From an uncultured Candidatus Saccharibacteria bacterium (GTDB taxonomy: Bacteria > Patescibacteriota > Saccharimonadia > Saccharimonadales > HK-STAS-PATE-42): a DNA stretch of 64,000 nucleotides. Position 1 is the first letter of the stretch, and each line of letters begins with the position of its first letter. The translations under genes were made by a program, and so were the position numbers. The stretch is taken from assembly GCA_964461505.1 (NCBI GenBank), contig CAYWUW010000001.1:33792-97791 (forward strand). Direction: 5' to 3'. The notes under the pieces are model-generated. The model was not told the DNA's origin. It saw nothing but the letters and a program-made list of their open reading frames with translations, and did not search any database. This document shows positions 17,701-26,878 of this stretch, one piece after another.

Positions 17701-17785
17701 TCAAAGTAAGGCTGCATCTACAAAAAGCGCGAAGAAGAAATCTAAAAAAAAGCAAAGGCAAAACCGCAAAAAGGGCAGAAAGTAA
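14771..17785 (+). CDS. secA: preprotein translocase ATPase SecA (Lys-rich N- and C-terminal extensions)
   Basis: MKTGEGKTL Walker A, VTVNDYLA, DEVDSILVDEARTPLIIS, TNIAGRGTDI. TTG start after AGAGGAGAG. Confidence 0.93.
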   Translation: MKVSKINLKAGKSDKSEGAKALKKLPKKPRKQLGKSKLDGDLKSSKKSIRRVAKKTLGDPQDQALRRMRKVAAQINKLEPNYKDLSDKKLKEESLKLRERAQNEDLDKLLPEAFALVRESSRRKLGQRHFDVQLIGGMVLHEGNVAEMKTGEGKTLMETLPVYLNALSAKGVHVVTVNDYLAQRDAGWMAQIYDALGMSVGVIIPDQSFVYDSKFENKEHIDERFWNLRPATRREAYEADITYGTNNEFGFDYLRDNMVESAQQLRQRDLNFAIVDEVDSILVDEARTPLIISAAASESGAGYRLFAEIATHFEPEDYVLEEKRKAVNLTDAGIAKVEKLLGIENLYDPKNVHHIYHLEQALRAQTLFKRDKDYVVAKDGEVIIVDSFTGRLLPGRRYSEGLHQALEAKEAVRVQEESVTLATISFQNYFRLYEKLAGMTGTAKTEQEEFQQVYDMAVIEVPPNRKLMRKDLNDRIYATEKAKLTAIVEKVKELSLAGQPVLLGTVSIEKNELLSGLLSSAGVKHNVLNAKNNEGEALVVAKAGQKGAVTLATNIAGRGTDIVLTDEVKELGGLFVLGSERHESRRIDNQLRGRSGRQGDPGTSQFYISAEDELMRVFGGETLAGLMVRLGADSEEPIERRSISRAIERAQKLVEGMSYDARKNVVQYDDVMNRHRRAVYSSRKAMLRAEENERVEKLIADAASGAAQDSSNLLLSLALSEEKADRKALPEALELLDNQFKLKKNDLEEIKKLLKLSDSDYEKEEETKEGVTKLSLRRRVTRIRPKSIVSGAKLKLKKRKRNKNLAKKRKSTAKNIAKILNQSFAAAMEKFSKDLSLEASFGFQRLAYLKILDELWMQHLENMQHLREGIGWRSVGQKDPLVEYRFEGQRIFEEMMKNLRMELVFNLTSANPKSVANLRMETELTKAAGHAIENADEITNTQKEFEADDFSGSTRVIELAENGEELVVEAKSSKGATQSKAASTKSAKKKSKKKQRQNRKKGRK

Positions 17786-17789
17786 TCTA

Positions 17790-19103
17790 ATGGAACATAC
17801 GGTTGAAGAGGTTAAGCTTAAGTGTGGTGCAAAGGGTTTGCTGATTGATGTGCCGCAAGCTCCAGTTTTTGTTATGGAACTTTGGTTTAGAGGTGGATAT
17901 TCTAAGGTAAAGGACTATAAGAAGTATGAAGCAGCACATATTATGGAGCATCTTGCCTTTGGAGCGAACTCTCAGCACAAGAACGTTGCCGAAGTGGACA
18001 GATATATTAAAAAGTACGGAGCGTATTCTAACGCCTGGACGGGGACAGACTATCTAGCGTACGTAAGGATCTGCCCAGACTTCGACTGGTCGAGACTCTT
18101 AGAGCAGCTTGTGGTTCAAGTCACGACTCCAAAATTCTTAGAAAAGGAGTTCAAATCTGAATTTGGTAATGTACAGGAAGAGTTTAGAGGAAGGGCTAAC
18201 AATAAGTGGGGAGAGCTGAGCGCTGTTATGAATCAGAGATTCGGATGGGAATATTGTGAAACAGATCAAAAGAGGCTTAAGCTTATGGAAAACGTTAAGC
18301 TTAAAGACATAAAAGAACATTACAAAAGAACTCACAGCGCGGATAATGCTGTATTCTTTGTAGCTGGTAACTTAAGCGGTAAAAAGAAGGAGATAATCCG
18401 TATTTTAGAGGGGTTAAAAGATCTCCCTGAAGGCGGTAGGTTTATGCTTAGTGAGTACCCAGGAATTAAAAGCTACAATACTCCAGTTGTAATACCTAAA
18501 AAAGAGGTTGATAACGTATATTTTTCTATGGAAATGCATGCTAATTCTAGTGGGCCTATGGATATGCTGGATATCAACCTCAATCTTGGTGCACTTAGCG
18601 ATGTGTTAGCAAAGGGTGACCACTCAAGAATATATGGATATGCAAGGCAAAAAGGTTGGGTATACGGACTATGGTGTTCAAGTGTCTCTAACAGGAGTGG
18701 GGCATATTCTTTTGAGATATATTGCCAGGTTGGTAAAGAAAACATTGATAATCTTTTAAATTTGATTGTAAAAACCTATAAAGATGTTAAGCTTAAGGGA
18801 CTGAAAGAATCTGAGGTGGAGGAGGCAGTAATGGCGATGAAGGGTGGTAGAAAGATGGATAATCAGACAGTTAATGATGTCGCTAGTTGGTATGCTGGTT
18901 GGTATACGAGTTTTGAAGAGGAGAATCTGAGGGACTATGATGCATCAGAGAAGAGATATGATGAGATTAACAAGGATGTAATTCAAGATCTTTTTTTAAA
19001 CTTGATTAAAACTAAAAAGTGGGGAGCTGGGTTCCTGGGCAATGTTACTGAAAAAGATGCTAAAAAGTGGAACGCTAAGCTTGCAAAAATTTTTGAGGAT
19101 TAA
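17790..19103 (+). CDS. M16-family zinc peptidase (insulinase-like)
   Basis: HIMEHLAFG (HxxEH) motif; start moved to ATG 17790, just after the secA stop. Confidence 0.7.
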   Translation: MEHTVEEVKLKCGAKGLLIDVPQAPVFVMELWFRGGYSKVKDYKKYEAAHIMEHLAFGANSQHKNVAEVDRYIKKYGAYSNAWTGTDYLAYVRICPDFDWSRLLEQLVVQVTTPKFLEKEFKSEFGNVQEEFRGRANNKWGELSAVMNQRFGWEYCETDQKRLKLMENVKLKDIKEHYKRTHSADNAVFFVAGNLSGKKKEIIRILEGLKDLPEGGRFMLSEYPGIKSYNTPVVIPKKEVDNVYFSMEMHANSSGPMDMLDINLNLGALSDVLAKGDHSRIYGYARQKGWVYGLWCSSVSNRSGAYSFEIYCQVGKENIDNLLNLIVKTYKDVKLKGLKESEVEEAVMAMKGGRKMDNQTVNDVASWYAGWYTSFEEENLRDYDASEKRYDEINKDVIQDLFLNLIKTKKWGAGFLGNVTEKDAKKWNAKLAKIFED

Positions 19104-19336
19104 TGTACAATTTTTTGGAGATTCTAGCGGCTATTGGAATAATTGTTCTGGTAACTTTGTTCTATGTTCTAATGGAGCCTTCTACGATGATCTCATTTAA
19201 GTATAAACATAAGAATAAAAAAGGAGGCATTCAGCTAGAGAACAAGCCTGAGAAGAGGAGCAATAAGCTTAACTCTTTAGTTACAGAGTTTGGCGAAGAG
19301 ATAAAAAGTTCTAAGGCGAATTCTGGCAAGAAGTAA
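19103..19336 (+). CDS. small membrane protein, hypothetical
   Basis: one N-terminal TM helix, Lys-rich tail; start overlaps the preceding stop (TAATG). Confidence 0.45.
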   Translation: MYNFLEILAAIGIIVLVTLFYVLMEPSTMISFKYKHKNKKGGIQLENKPEKRSNKLNSLVTEFGEEIKSSKANSGKK

Positions 19337-19341
19337 TTTGG

Positions 19342-19350
19342 TGCTAAACT
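19342..19350 (+). promoter_or_regulatory. extended -10-like box TGCTAAACT
   Basis: 10 nt before ATG 19361. Confidence 0.45.
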
Positions 19351-19360
19351 TAAGCTTAGT

Positions 19361-20404
19361 ATGGCTTTAGAAAAAGATCTGATTGAGTTTGAAAAAGAAT
19401 TTGAGGGGGCGAAATCTAGCCTTAAGTTTAGTGACAAACAAAAAGAGCTAGAGGTTCTGCGGCTTAAGCTTAGCGAGCCGGATGTTTGGGAAGATCCAAA
19501 AGAAGCTGGAGAGTTGACTAAAAGGAACTCTAAATTAAGCCCGATAGTAGAAGGTTTTGTTAAGCTAGAGGAAGATTTGCTGGCTCTAAAAGATTTGCGG
19601 CCTAATTTGAGTGAAGAGGAATTTGATGAAGAGTTGGCTAAGCTTAAGGTGCAACTTAAAGTTCTGCAAGAAGAAAATAGATTTTCTGGGCCGTATGATG
19701 GGCATAATGTGATCTTAAATGTTCGGAGTGGAGCAGGGGGGCAAGATGCAGAAGATTGGGCGGCAATGTTGATGAGAATGTATGTGCGTTTTGCAGAGAA
19801 GAATGGAATTAAGCTTAGGGTTTTGGATGAGAGTAGAAGCGATGATGGTGGTTTGAAATCTGGCTCATTAGCCTTAAGCGGAGATAACATGTTTGGGAGG
19901 TTGAAAGATGAGAGTGGAGTGCATAGGTTGGTGAGGCTTTCTCCGTTTAACAGCGGAGGAACGCGAGAAACAAGTTTTGCGATGGTTGAGGTTCTGCCAG
20001 AAATTGCAGAGCCAAAAGAGGTTGAACTTGATGAAAAAGATCTTAAAATTGATGTTTTTAGAGCTGGTGGAAATGGCGGACAGAGCGTGAATACTACAGA
20101 TTCTGCGGTACGAATAACTCATAAACCAACCGGAATTGTGGTGACAAATCAGAATGAAAGATCTCAACTGCAGAATAAAGAAGTTGCGATGAAGGTTTTG
20201 AGATCTCGCTTAGTGGCTTTAATGTTAGAGCAGCATCAAGAAAAATTAACAGATTTGAAGGGCCCGAATGAGAAGGCGGCATGGGGAAATCAGATTCGTA
20301 ATTATGTTTTGCACCCTTATAAGTTAGTAAAAGATTTGAGAACCGAAAAGCAAACTAATAACCCAGAGGCGGTGCTTGATGGAAATCTAGATTTAATCTG
20401 GTAG
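19361..20404 (+). CDS. prfB: peptide chain release factor 2
   Basis: SPF tripeptide (LSPFNSGG), GGQ (GGNGGQSVNT); single uninterrupted frame. Confidence 0.92.
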   Translation: MALEKDLIEFEKEFEGAKSSLKFSDKQKELEVLRLKLSEPDVWEDPKEAGELTKRNSKLSPIVEGFVKLEEDLLALKDLRPNLSEEEFDEELAKLKVQLKVLQEENRFSGPYDGHNVILNVRSGAGGQDAEDWAAMLMRMYVRFAEKNGIKLRVLDESRSDDGGLKSGSLALSGDNMFGRLKDESGVHRLVRLSPFNSGGTRETSFAMVEVLPEIAEPKEVELDEKDLKIDVFRAGGNGGQSVNTTDSAVRITHKPTGIVVTNQNERSQLQNKEVAMKVLRSRLVALMLEQHQEKLTDLKGPNEKAAWGNQIRNYVLHPYKLVKDLRTEKQTNNPEAVLDGNLDLIW

Positions 20405-20418
20405 AATATAGTGTAGAT

Positions 20419-21087
20419 ATGCTTAAGCTTAAGAAGATGAATAATGATGGTGCGGTAAGCCCGCTGTTGCCGGCTCTTATTTTAGCAACAGTTTTGTTTG
20501 TAGGAACGTTGGTGTTTGCGATTGGTAGAAACTCTGAGGTGAATGATTATAAATCTAATATGAATGAGAAGGTCAGTGTGAAGGTTGCAGAGGAATCTAA
20601 ACTTATTGCCGAACAAAAACAGGCCGAATTCGACGAGAAAGAGAAGGCTCCGTACACTTTTTGGACAAGCCCGACGCAGTATGGTTCTGTTAAGGTCGGG
20701 TTTCCTAAAACTTGGAGTTATTATCTTGCTTTAGATCAAACTGCTGGTTCGAGAGATCCGATTAATTTGTATGCACATCCAGATTATGTTCCAGAGATTT
20801 CTAAGGATGAGCGTTATGCGTTAAGGATTACTTTAACCTCTGATGATTATAATAAATCTTTGGATGAGTATCGAAGAAAGAGCGAAAAAGAGGGTTTGCA
20901 GATTGGTACGGTTCAGGTTAGTAATGTGAGTGGAATTAAGGTTAGGGGCAATATTGAAAAAGAGGTTAGTGGAACGATGGTTGTTTTTCCGATTCGGGAT
21001 AAGGTTTTGAGGGTTTGGACGGAATCTCAGGATTATGAATCTGATTTTGATAATATTGTTTTGAAGAACTTAAGCTTTATTCCGTAA
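20419..21087 (+). CDS. membrane-anchored extracytoplasmic protein, hypothetical
   Basis: N-terminal TM/signal anchor; no recognised domain. Confidence 0.5.
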   Translation: MLKLKKMNNDGAVSPLLPALILATVLFVGTLVFAIGRNSEVNDYKSNMNEKVSVKVAEESKLIAEQKQAEFDEKEKAPYTFWTSPTQYGSVKVGFPKTWSYYLALDQTAGSRDPINLYAHPDYVPEISKDERYALRITLTSDDYNKSLDEYRRKSEKEGLQIGTVQVSNVSGIKVRGNIEKEVSGTMVVFPIRDKVLRVWTESQDYESDFDNIVLKNLSFIP

Positions 21088-21149
21088 TTATAATATTGCC
21101 CTAAACTTGATTAGTGGCTTGTTGGGAGCCCTGGGTGGACGGATTGAGC

Positions 21150-21178
21150 TTGACTCTTTAGGGCCTTTTATCTATAAT
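21150..21178 (+). promoter_or_regulatory. canonical sigma-70-type promoter TTGACT-17-TATAAT
   Basis: TTGACT 21150-21155, 17-nt spacer, TATAAT 21173-21178; upstream of ATG 21241. Confidence 0.6.
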
Positions 21179-21240
21179 TAAACTTAAGCTTAATAGAGGC
21201 CTTAGATCAAATTACCGTAAATATCCCAACTTTCTTTTTT

Positions 21241-22011
21241 ATGACTTCTTTCCGTAAATTAATTGTAGTGCTAATTGTGGTAGGATCTGTTTTGTTAGCT
21301 CCTTTATTTAGTGGTGGGGTTAGTGCTGAAGAAAATCTGGTATATCCCGAATCTTGCCTGAGCATGCTGGGTGGCTCTTCTTTTAATGAGATTAGCTTGC
21401 CTTCCACGACATTCGCTATGGCTGGAGACGGCGGTGGAACAGTGGCCGCTAGTCATCTTGGTTGTGTTAGCTTTAGACCTGTGACGCGGTGTGCCTCTGA
21501 AAGAGTAGAATCTTTAAGAGTCAGCTTTACGGTGGATGGCCTTCTTAGTGAAAGAGAAGACGCTGACGGTCTGTGGGGTTATGTAACAAGGGGTTCTACG
21601 CTGAATGGGGCTGAAGATCTTTTGCCTTTAGAAAATATAAGTGGTGTTTCTGTTGGCTATGATGGCATTGGATGGGGGTCTGGCTCCTCATCGCAGGAGA
21701 GAATTTGGTATTCCGGTGAAGGTTCGTTCGATGTTAAGCTTGCCGGTATGAGCTTGGAGGAAATTGCAGCGATTAAGATTAACTTTTTATGGAGCGATGA
21801 TCACCAAAACGTTCCACGGCACGATGTTTCAGTGAATGATATAAGTTTAGTGGCGCGCTATACTGGAGCTGAGCAGTGTGATGTGTCGACTACTACTGTT
21901 GGTGTTCCCAAAACAGGCTCTTTTAACAATTCTGGCTGGGTGGCTACTATTCTAGCTGTTAGTATAGCCGGGGCTTTGAGTGTTGTGGTGGCTAAGCGTA
22001 ACAAGATTTAG
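21241..22011 (+). CDS. secreted cell-wall-anchored protein (sortase substrate, VPKTG)
   Basis: signal peptide; C-terminal VPKTG, then a hydrophobic helix and a KRNKI tail. Confidence 0.7.
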   Translation: MTSFRKLIVVLIVVGSVLLAPLFSGGVSAEENLVYPESCLSMLGGSSFNEISLPSTTFAMAGDGGGTVAASHLGCVSFRPVTRCASERVESLRVSFTVDGLLSEREDADGLWGYVTRGSTLNGAEDLLPLENISGVSVGYDGIGWGSGSSSQERIWYSGEGSFDVKLAGMSLEEIAAIKINFLWSDDHQNVPRHDVSVNDISLVARYTGAEQCDVSTTTVGVPKTGSFNNSGWVATILAVSIAGALSVVVAKRNKI

Positions 22012-22053
22012 AAATTAGGCGATTAGATTATCGCTGGTTCTCTGGGATCTTGG

Positions 22054-22062
22054 TGGTAGAAT
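22054..22062 (+). promoter_or_regulatory. extended -10 box TGGTAGAAT
   Basis: only 6 nt before ATG 22069 (leaderless geometry). Confidence 0.55.
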
Positions 22063-22068
22063 AGGGGT

Positions 22069-22944
22069 ATGGAGGAAGTTTTGCATGTTCCGGTTCTTTT
22101 GGATGAGACGATAGATTCTCTTAAGCTTAAGGCTGGGGATAAATATTTGGATCTGACGGCGGGCTATGGAGGTCATGCGGGGGAAGTTCTAAAAATTGTT
22201 GGTGATGAGGCTCTTTTAACATTGGTAGATAGAGATAATTTTGCGAACATTAAGCTTAAGAAGAAGTTTCCGAAGGCTAAGCTTATTGAGGCTGATTTTG
22301 TTTCTGCGTTAAAAGTTCTGATTGAAAAGGGAGAAAAGTTTGATGCGGTTCTGGCCGATCTTGGAGTATCCTCGGTTCAACTAGATGATGCGAGTAGAGG
22401 ATTTGGCTTTCAGAACGATTCTGAGTTAGACATGCGCATGGATAGATCTCAAAAACTAACGGCGCGGGATGTTCTTAACAAATATCCTAAAGATGATTTA
22501 TTTAGAATTCTAAGAGAATATGGAGATGAGCCACGTGCGGCCAAGATTGTGAGTTTGATTATAGAGGCTCGGCCGCTAAGCTTAACTTCTGAACTAGAGG
22601 CAATTTGTAAAAAGGTTTATCCAAAGTTCCAAAAAAAGAACCCGGCAACGCGCACTTTCCAGGCAATTAGAATAGAGGTGAATGATGAAATTAATCAGCT
22701 GAAAGAGGCGCTAAGCTTAATTCCAAAAGTTATGAACAGTGGTGGGAGAATTTCTATTATTACTTTTCATAGTTTGGAAGATGGCATTGTGAAAAAGTTT
22801 TTTAAAGAAAATAGTGGAAAATATGATGGAATGTTCAAAGACTTGAAAATGCTTATGTCTTCTGATACAATAGATAGTGTTCGTAATTTAAGATCGAGGA
22901 GCGCGATTCTTAGATCCGTAATTTACGAAAACAAAAACAATTAA
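22069..22944 (+). CDS. rsmH: 16S rRNA (cytosine1402-N4)-methyltransferase RsmH
   Basis: HVPVLLDE, DLTAGYGGH, DLGVSSVQLD, RTFQAIRIEVNDE, ITFHSLEDGIVK. Confidence 0.92.
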   Translation: MEEVLHVPVLLDETIDSLKLKAGDKYLDLTAGYGGHAGEVLKIVGDEALLTLVDRDNFANIKLKKKFPKAKLIEADFVSALKVLIEKGEKFDAVLADLGVSSVQLDDASRGFGFQNDSELDMRMDRSQKLTARDVLNKYPKDDLFRILREYGDEPRAAKIVSLIIEARPLSLTSELEAICKKVYPKFQKKNPATRTFQAIRIEVNDEINQLKEALSLIPKVMNSGGRISIITFHSLEDGIVKKFFKENSGKYDGMFKDLKMLMSSDTIDSVRNLRSRSAILRSVIYENKNN

Positions 22945-23331
22945 ATAAAAATTAAAACAAACGGAAAGGGGAGCATTCACTATGGCTCTTAAGATTCGTA
23001 AAGTTTCACGAAGAAAAAAGCTAGCTGTTAAGGTTAGTGAATAAGCCTTTTAGGCTTACTTCTAGAAACATATAATTTTAATCTCCCCGGTAATAAGATC
23101 TTCTTTTTACTAGGGAGGATTTAGCAAAAAATATTAGAATTCATTTTCTAAAAGGACCAAAACTTTATCTTATAGTTCTAAATTTATCTTAAGTTTAGAG
23201 TTTAGATAGCCACTTAAGTGTAAGATGCCTGTTTGTTTAGGGCATTTTGAATCTTGAATGTAGGTGTGCAGAATTTTTAAGTTTATTCTGCAGGCAAAAA
23301 ATAAAAACTAAAAACAAAAGGACCGATTAAA

Positions 23332-23676
23332 ATGACACACTATCAAGCTAGTGCTATTCGTAGCAACTACGGTTGGAGGCAAAATAGAACTCTAAGCCAA
23401 AAAATATCTGAAGTTCAAAGATTTGGAAATGTAAGTAGAAGTGTTCTGGCGATTGTGATTGTTCTGGTTTTAGGATTGGTTTATGTTTCGCAGGCGACTA
23501 AAGCAGGAACTCTTGCTAGCCCAATTAGAGAAATGGAAGCAAAGGTAGCCAGCCTGAAAGAGGAAAACCAGGGTCTTACGGTTGAGGTGGCGAAGATGCA
23601 ATCTCTTAGCCAGTTAAAACAGAGTGAAGTAGCAGGAACTTTGACTACTCCGGCTGATGTGCAGTTTGTTGATTAA
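23332..23676 (+). CDS. ftsL: FtsL-like cell-division protein
   Basis: single TM helix followed by a coiled coil; sits between rsmH and ftsI. Confidence 0.5.
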   Translation: MTHYQASAIRSNYGWRQNRTLSQKISEVQRFGNVSRSVLAIVIVLVLGLVYVSQATKAGTLASPIREMEAKVASLKEENQGLTVEVAKMQSLSQLKQSEVAGTLTTPADVQFVD

Positions 23677-23753
23677 GCTTAGCTTGATTTGCGATAATAA
23701 AAGAATAAGTTAAAGCGTAAGCGCTTTTTAGTTCTTGGGATTAAGTTTAGATA

Positions 23754-25517
23754 ATGGCAGAAAGTTCGAGCATATACAGCAAGCATCAAAAACCCCAAAA
23801 CGAAGGTAAAAGCGGGGTTTTTTTGCGAGTTCTTTGTTTGTTAGTTTTTAGTGTGATTGCTTTAAGGTTGGTGCAGGTGCAGGTTCTGCAGCGAGGCTAT
23901 TATAGAGAAATGGCGCAAGAAGAACATTTGAGGCGCTGGGAACTTAAAGCAGACCGGGGAAACATCTTTATAAAAGATAGAACTGGAGTTGTTCCGCTTG
24001 CGATAAATAGCAGTGTTTATAATCTTTCGGCCAGCCCGAGAGATATGAAAGATAATTTTGGAGAGGTTGCTGATAAGATCTCTAAAATAACCGGTTTGGG
24101 CAAGAATGATTTGGTGAGTTCTTTAGAAAAAAACGCAAAGAAGGGTTATGTTAACCTAGCCAAAAGATTGAGTGTGGTGCAGGCTCGAGAGATTACTAAG
24201 CTTAATGTTTATGGTTTGTTTTTAGAATCAATTCCGCAACGGGAATATCCGGAAGGGAGGTTGGCTAGCCAGGTTTTGGGGTTTGTAAATACAGAAGGTG
24301 AGGGGCAATATGGAGTAGAGCAATATTATGATAAGGTTCTGGCGGGGAAGGCTGGTTCTTTAAAATCTTTGGCAACCGCTGATGGAGCTCCGCTTTTGCT
24401 GCCGGGCGAAGAGGAGACGGTTGAGACTCCGGCAGAACAAGGAAAAGATATTGTTTTAAGTTTAGATAGAGGTTTGCAATCTCATATAGAAGAAATGGCG
24501 CGAGCAAAGCAAACTGAGTACGGGGCAAAATCGGTGAGTGTGATGATTATGAAGGCCGAAACTGGTAAGATTCTGGCTATGGCGGGTGCGCCAGATTTTG
24601 ATCCGTTGGAATATTTTAAAACTAAAGATGTGGCTTCGTTTAGGAATCCAAATGTTAGCGATGCTGAAGAGTTGGGATCTATCATAAAAGTTTTAACCAT
24701 GACCACCGGAGTTAATGAGGGCGTTGTAAGCAAAGATACTACTTATAACAATACAAATTCTGTGCAAGTTGATGATAGGGTTATTAAAAATGCCACGGGT
24801 GGTAATGTGGGAACCTTAACGATGACAGATGTTATAAAATATTCTTTAAATACCGGAGTAGTATTTACGTTAAAGCAGTTGGGCGGTGGTGACATTAATC
24901 ATCAGGCTAAGGATAGACTTTATTCATACTTTACGGGGCACTTTAATTTAGGTTCGCCAACTGGAGTTGATTTGTATGGCGAGGCCGGAGGTCTGCTTTA
25001 TGGGCCAGACGACATGGAAGGCAACAGAGTTCGCTATGCGAATATGACATTTGGCCACGGAATGACGGTAACGCCAGTTCAGGCTGCTTCGGCTTTGGCC
25101 TCGATTATGAATGGAGGAAGTTATATTAAGCCTAGTGTGGTTGAAAGCATTGATGGCCAAAAAGCTCAGCCAGAGGTAATTAAGCAGAATGTAGTGACTC
25201 CAGAAACTCGTGATCAGATTAAATATATGATGAGCCAGGCGAGTTATTTACCACGTAAAGATGGTTATTTGATTGGAGGAAAAACAGGAACGGCTCAGTT
25301 GCTGCAAGAAGATGGAACTTATTCACAAACTCGTGAGCGAGGAACAGCGTACGGTTTTTTATCTAGCGGTGATGGAACTTATATTGTAATGATTAAGGTT
25401 GAAGATCCTGCGCCAGCGTTTACGCATTTTGCCAGCGCAAAGGCAGCCATACCTATTTTTACGGATACGATGAATTGGTTGGTAGATTATTATCAGCCTA
25501 AAAAGTTGGCCAATTAA
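23754..25517 (+). CDS. ftsI: penicillin-binding protein 2/FtsI-type transpeptidase
   Basis: TM anchor, SIIK (SxxK), SLN (SxN), KTGTA. Confidence 0.88.
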   Translation: MAESSSIYSKHQKPQNEGKSGVFLRVLCLLVFSVIALRLVQVQVLQRGYYREMAQEEHLRRWELKADRGNIFIKDRTGVVPLAINSSVYNLSASPRDMKDNFGEVADKISKITGLGKNDLVSSLEKNAKKGYVNLAKRLSVVQAREITKLNVYGLFLESIPQREYPEGRLASQVLGFVNTEGEGQYGVEQYYDKVLAGKAGSLKSLATADGAPLLLPGEEETVETPAEQGKDIVLSLDRGLQSHIEEMARAKQTEYGAKSVSVMIMKAETGKILAMAGAPDFDPLEYFKTKDVASFRNPNVSDAEELGSIIKVLTMTTGVNEGVVSKDTTYNNTNSVQVDDRVIKNATGGNVGTLTMTDVIKYSLNTGVVFTLKQLGGGDINHQAKDRLYSYFTGHFNLGSPTGVDLYGEAGGLLYGPDDMEGNRVRYANMTFGHGMTVTPVQAASALASIMNGGSYIKPSVVESIDGQKAQPEVIKQNVVTPETRDQIKYMMSQASYLPRKDGYLIGGKTGTAQLLQEDGTYSQTRERGTAYGFLSSGDGTYIVMIKVEDPAPAFTHFASAKAAIPIFTDTMNWLVDYYQPKKLAN

Positions 25518-25526
25518 GCTTTAGAT

Positions 25527-26852
25527 ATGCAAGATAGTTCACAGTTTAAAAGTTCAAGAAGTAGAGTAGAGCGGGCAGATTCTAGCTTAAATTATCGTAA
25601 TGCAGGGGGCAACTTAAGCTTAGGAGCTACAAAAAGCGGCGCAACTTTTGGCTGGTTAAAAAAGATCTTTAATAAGCTTGCTGCCGAGTATAGTTTTGCG
25701 CAGAAGCGGCGTAAACGGCCGGAGTTTTCGGTTCTGGTAATTGTGGCGGTGTTGATTGCGCTCGGAACTCTAACTCTTTATGCAATAGGCCCTGCGGTTT
25801 TAAAACGAACGGGTGGAGGATTGGGGCGGCAAACTCTATTTTTGCTAATTGGTCTGCTGGGGATGTTAGGGGCGTACAAGTTCAAAAGGCAAGAGTTGCT
25901 TATAAAGTATGCGCCACACTTAATGATTTTTAGTATTGGCTTATGCGTATTAATTTTAGTTCCGGGTGTTGGAAAGATGGTTTATGGTGGTAGGAGGTGG
26001 TTAAGCTTAGGGCCACTTGGAAGCATGCAGCCTTCGGAACTTGTTAAAGCTGGGGTCGTCTTTTTTTTGAGTGGGATGGCTTTGTATTTTAGAGATTCTA
26101 AGTTTTCTAAAAAAAGTCAGGCTCATCTTCTGGCTGGGTTTGCGGCCTTAATTGCGCTGTTTGTGCTGATTTTGCAAAGAGATTTAGGAACGATGTTGGT
26201 TATTTCAACAATTATGTTTTTTGTGTTGATGGCTTCTGGAATTAGCAAAAAAGTAATTCTTAGGCTTTTGGTTATAGGTTTGGCTGGGTTAAGCTTAAGT
26301 ATTTTGATGTTTGGATATAGAAGAGATCGTTTGTTGAGCTATTTAGGAATGCGCGAGCTAAGCGGAGAAAGTTCGCAGGTGGAATCTCCTGCTGAATACC
26401 ATTTGAGGCAATCTCTAATTGCAATTGGTAGCGGCGGAATTTATGGTCGGGGAATTGGCAAGAGTGTGCAATCTTTTGGTTATTTGCCAGAAGCTCCAAG
26501 TGATTCAATTTTTGCGGTTTATGCAGAAAAGTTCGGTTTGATTGGTTCTATAGTTTTATTAGGCTTATTTGGTGCGCTGATTAAAAGAATGTTAGAGGTT
26601 ATGGATGGAATGGAGGGTTACTGGAAGATTGTTGTTGCTGGGATAACTGGCTGGGTGGCGGGTAATTTTATGGTTAATATGAGCTCTATTTTAGGGCTGA
26701 TTCCGTTTACGGGTGTGCCGCTACCATTCTTTAGCCTTGGAGGAACAAATTTAGTTATAATGTTGACTATGGTTGGAGTGGTGCTGAATCTATCATCTTA
26801 CAAAAAGAATAAGATTGTAGCTCCGGGATCTGGCATAAGAAGGGGATTGTAG
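25527..26852 (+). CDS. ftsW: SEDS-family peptidoglycan polymerase FtsW/RodA
   Basis: about 10 TM helices, QPSELVK, LQRDLGT, PFFSLGGTN. Confidence 0.88.
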   Translation: MQDSSQFKSSRSRVERADSSLNYRNAGGNLSLGATKSGATFGWLKKIFNKLAAEYSFAQKRRKRPEFSVLVIVAVLIALGTLTLYAIGPAVLKRTGGGLGRQTLFLLIGLLGMLGAYKFKRQELLIKYAPHLMIFSIGLCVLILVPGVGKMVYGGRRWLSLGPLGSMQPSELVKAGVVFFLSGMALYFRDSKFSKKSQAHLLAGFAALIALFVLILQRDLGTMLVISTIMFFVLMASGISKKVILRLLVIGLAGLSLSILMFGYRRDRLLSYLGMRELSGESSQVESPAEYHLRQSLIAIGSGGIYGRGIGKSVQSFGYLPEAPSDSIFAVYAEKFGLIGSIVLLGLFGALIKRMLEVMDGMEGYWKIVVAGITGWVAGNFMVNMSSILGLIPFTGVPLPFFSLGGTNLVIMLTMVGVVLNLSSYKKNKIVAPGSGIRRGL

Positions 26853-26878
26853 CAAGAATAATCTAAACTTAAGTTTTT

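Noticed and set aside
19231-19890. 219-aa antisense ORF, together with the many other 60-145-aa ORFs overlapping recognised genes (e.g. 593-796, 936-1196, 2322-2630, 6179-6508, 9061-9489, 17324-17761, 32105-32512, 60163-60579)
   Set aside because: They lie antisense or out of frame within strongly supported genes, have low-complexity or Ser/Leu/Phe-rich composition, and lack start signals.
19361-20404. Programmed +1 frameshift in prfB
   Set aside because: The ORF is continuous from its N-terminus through the region homologous to the E. coli shift site. There is no in-frame TGA and no CTTTGA context.
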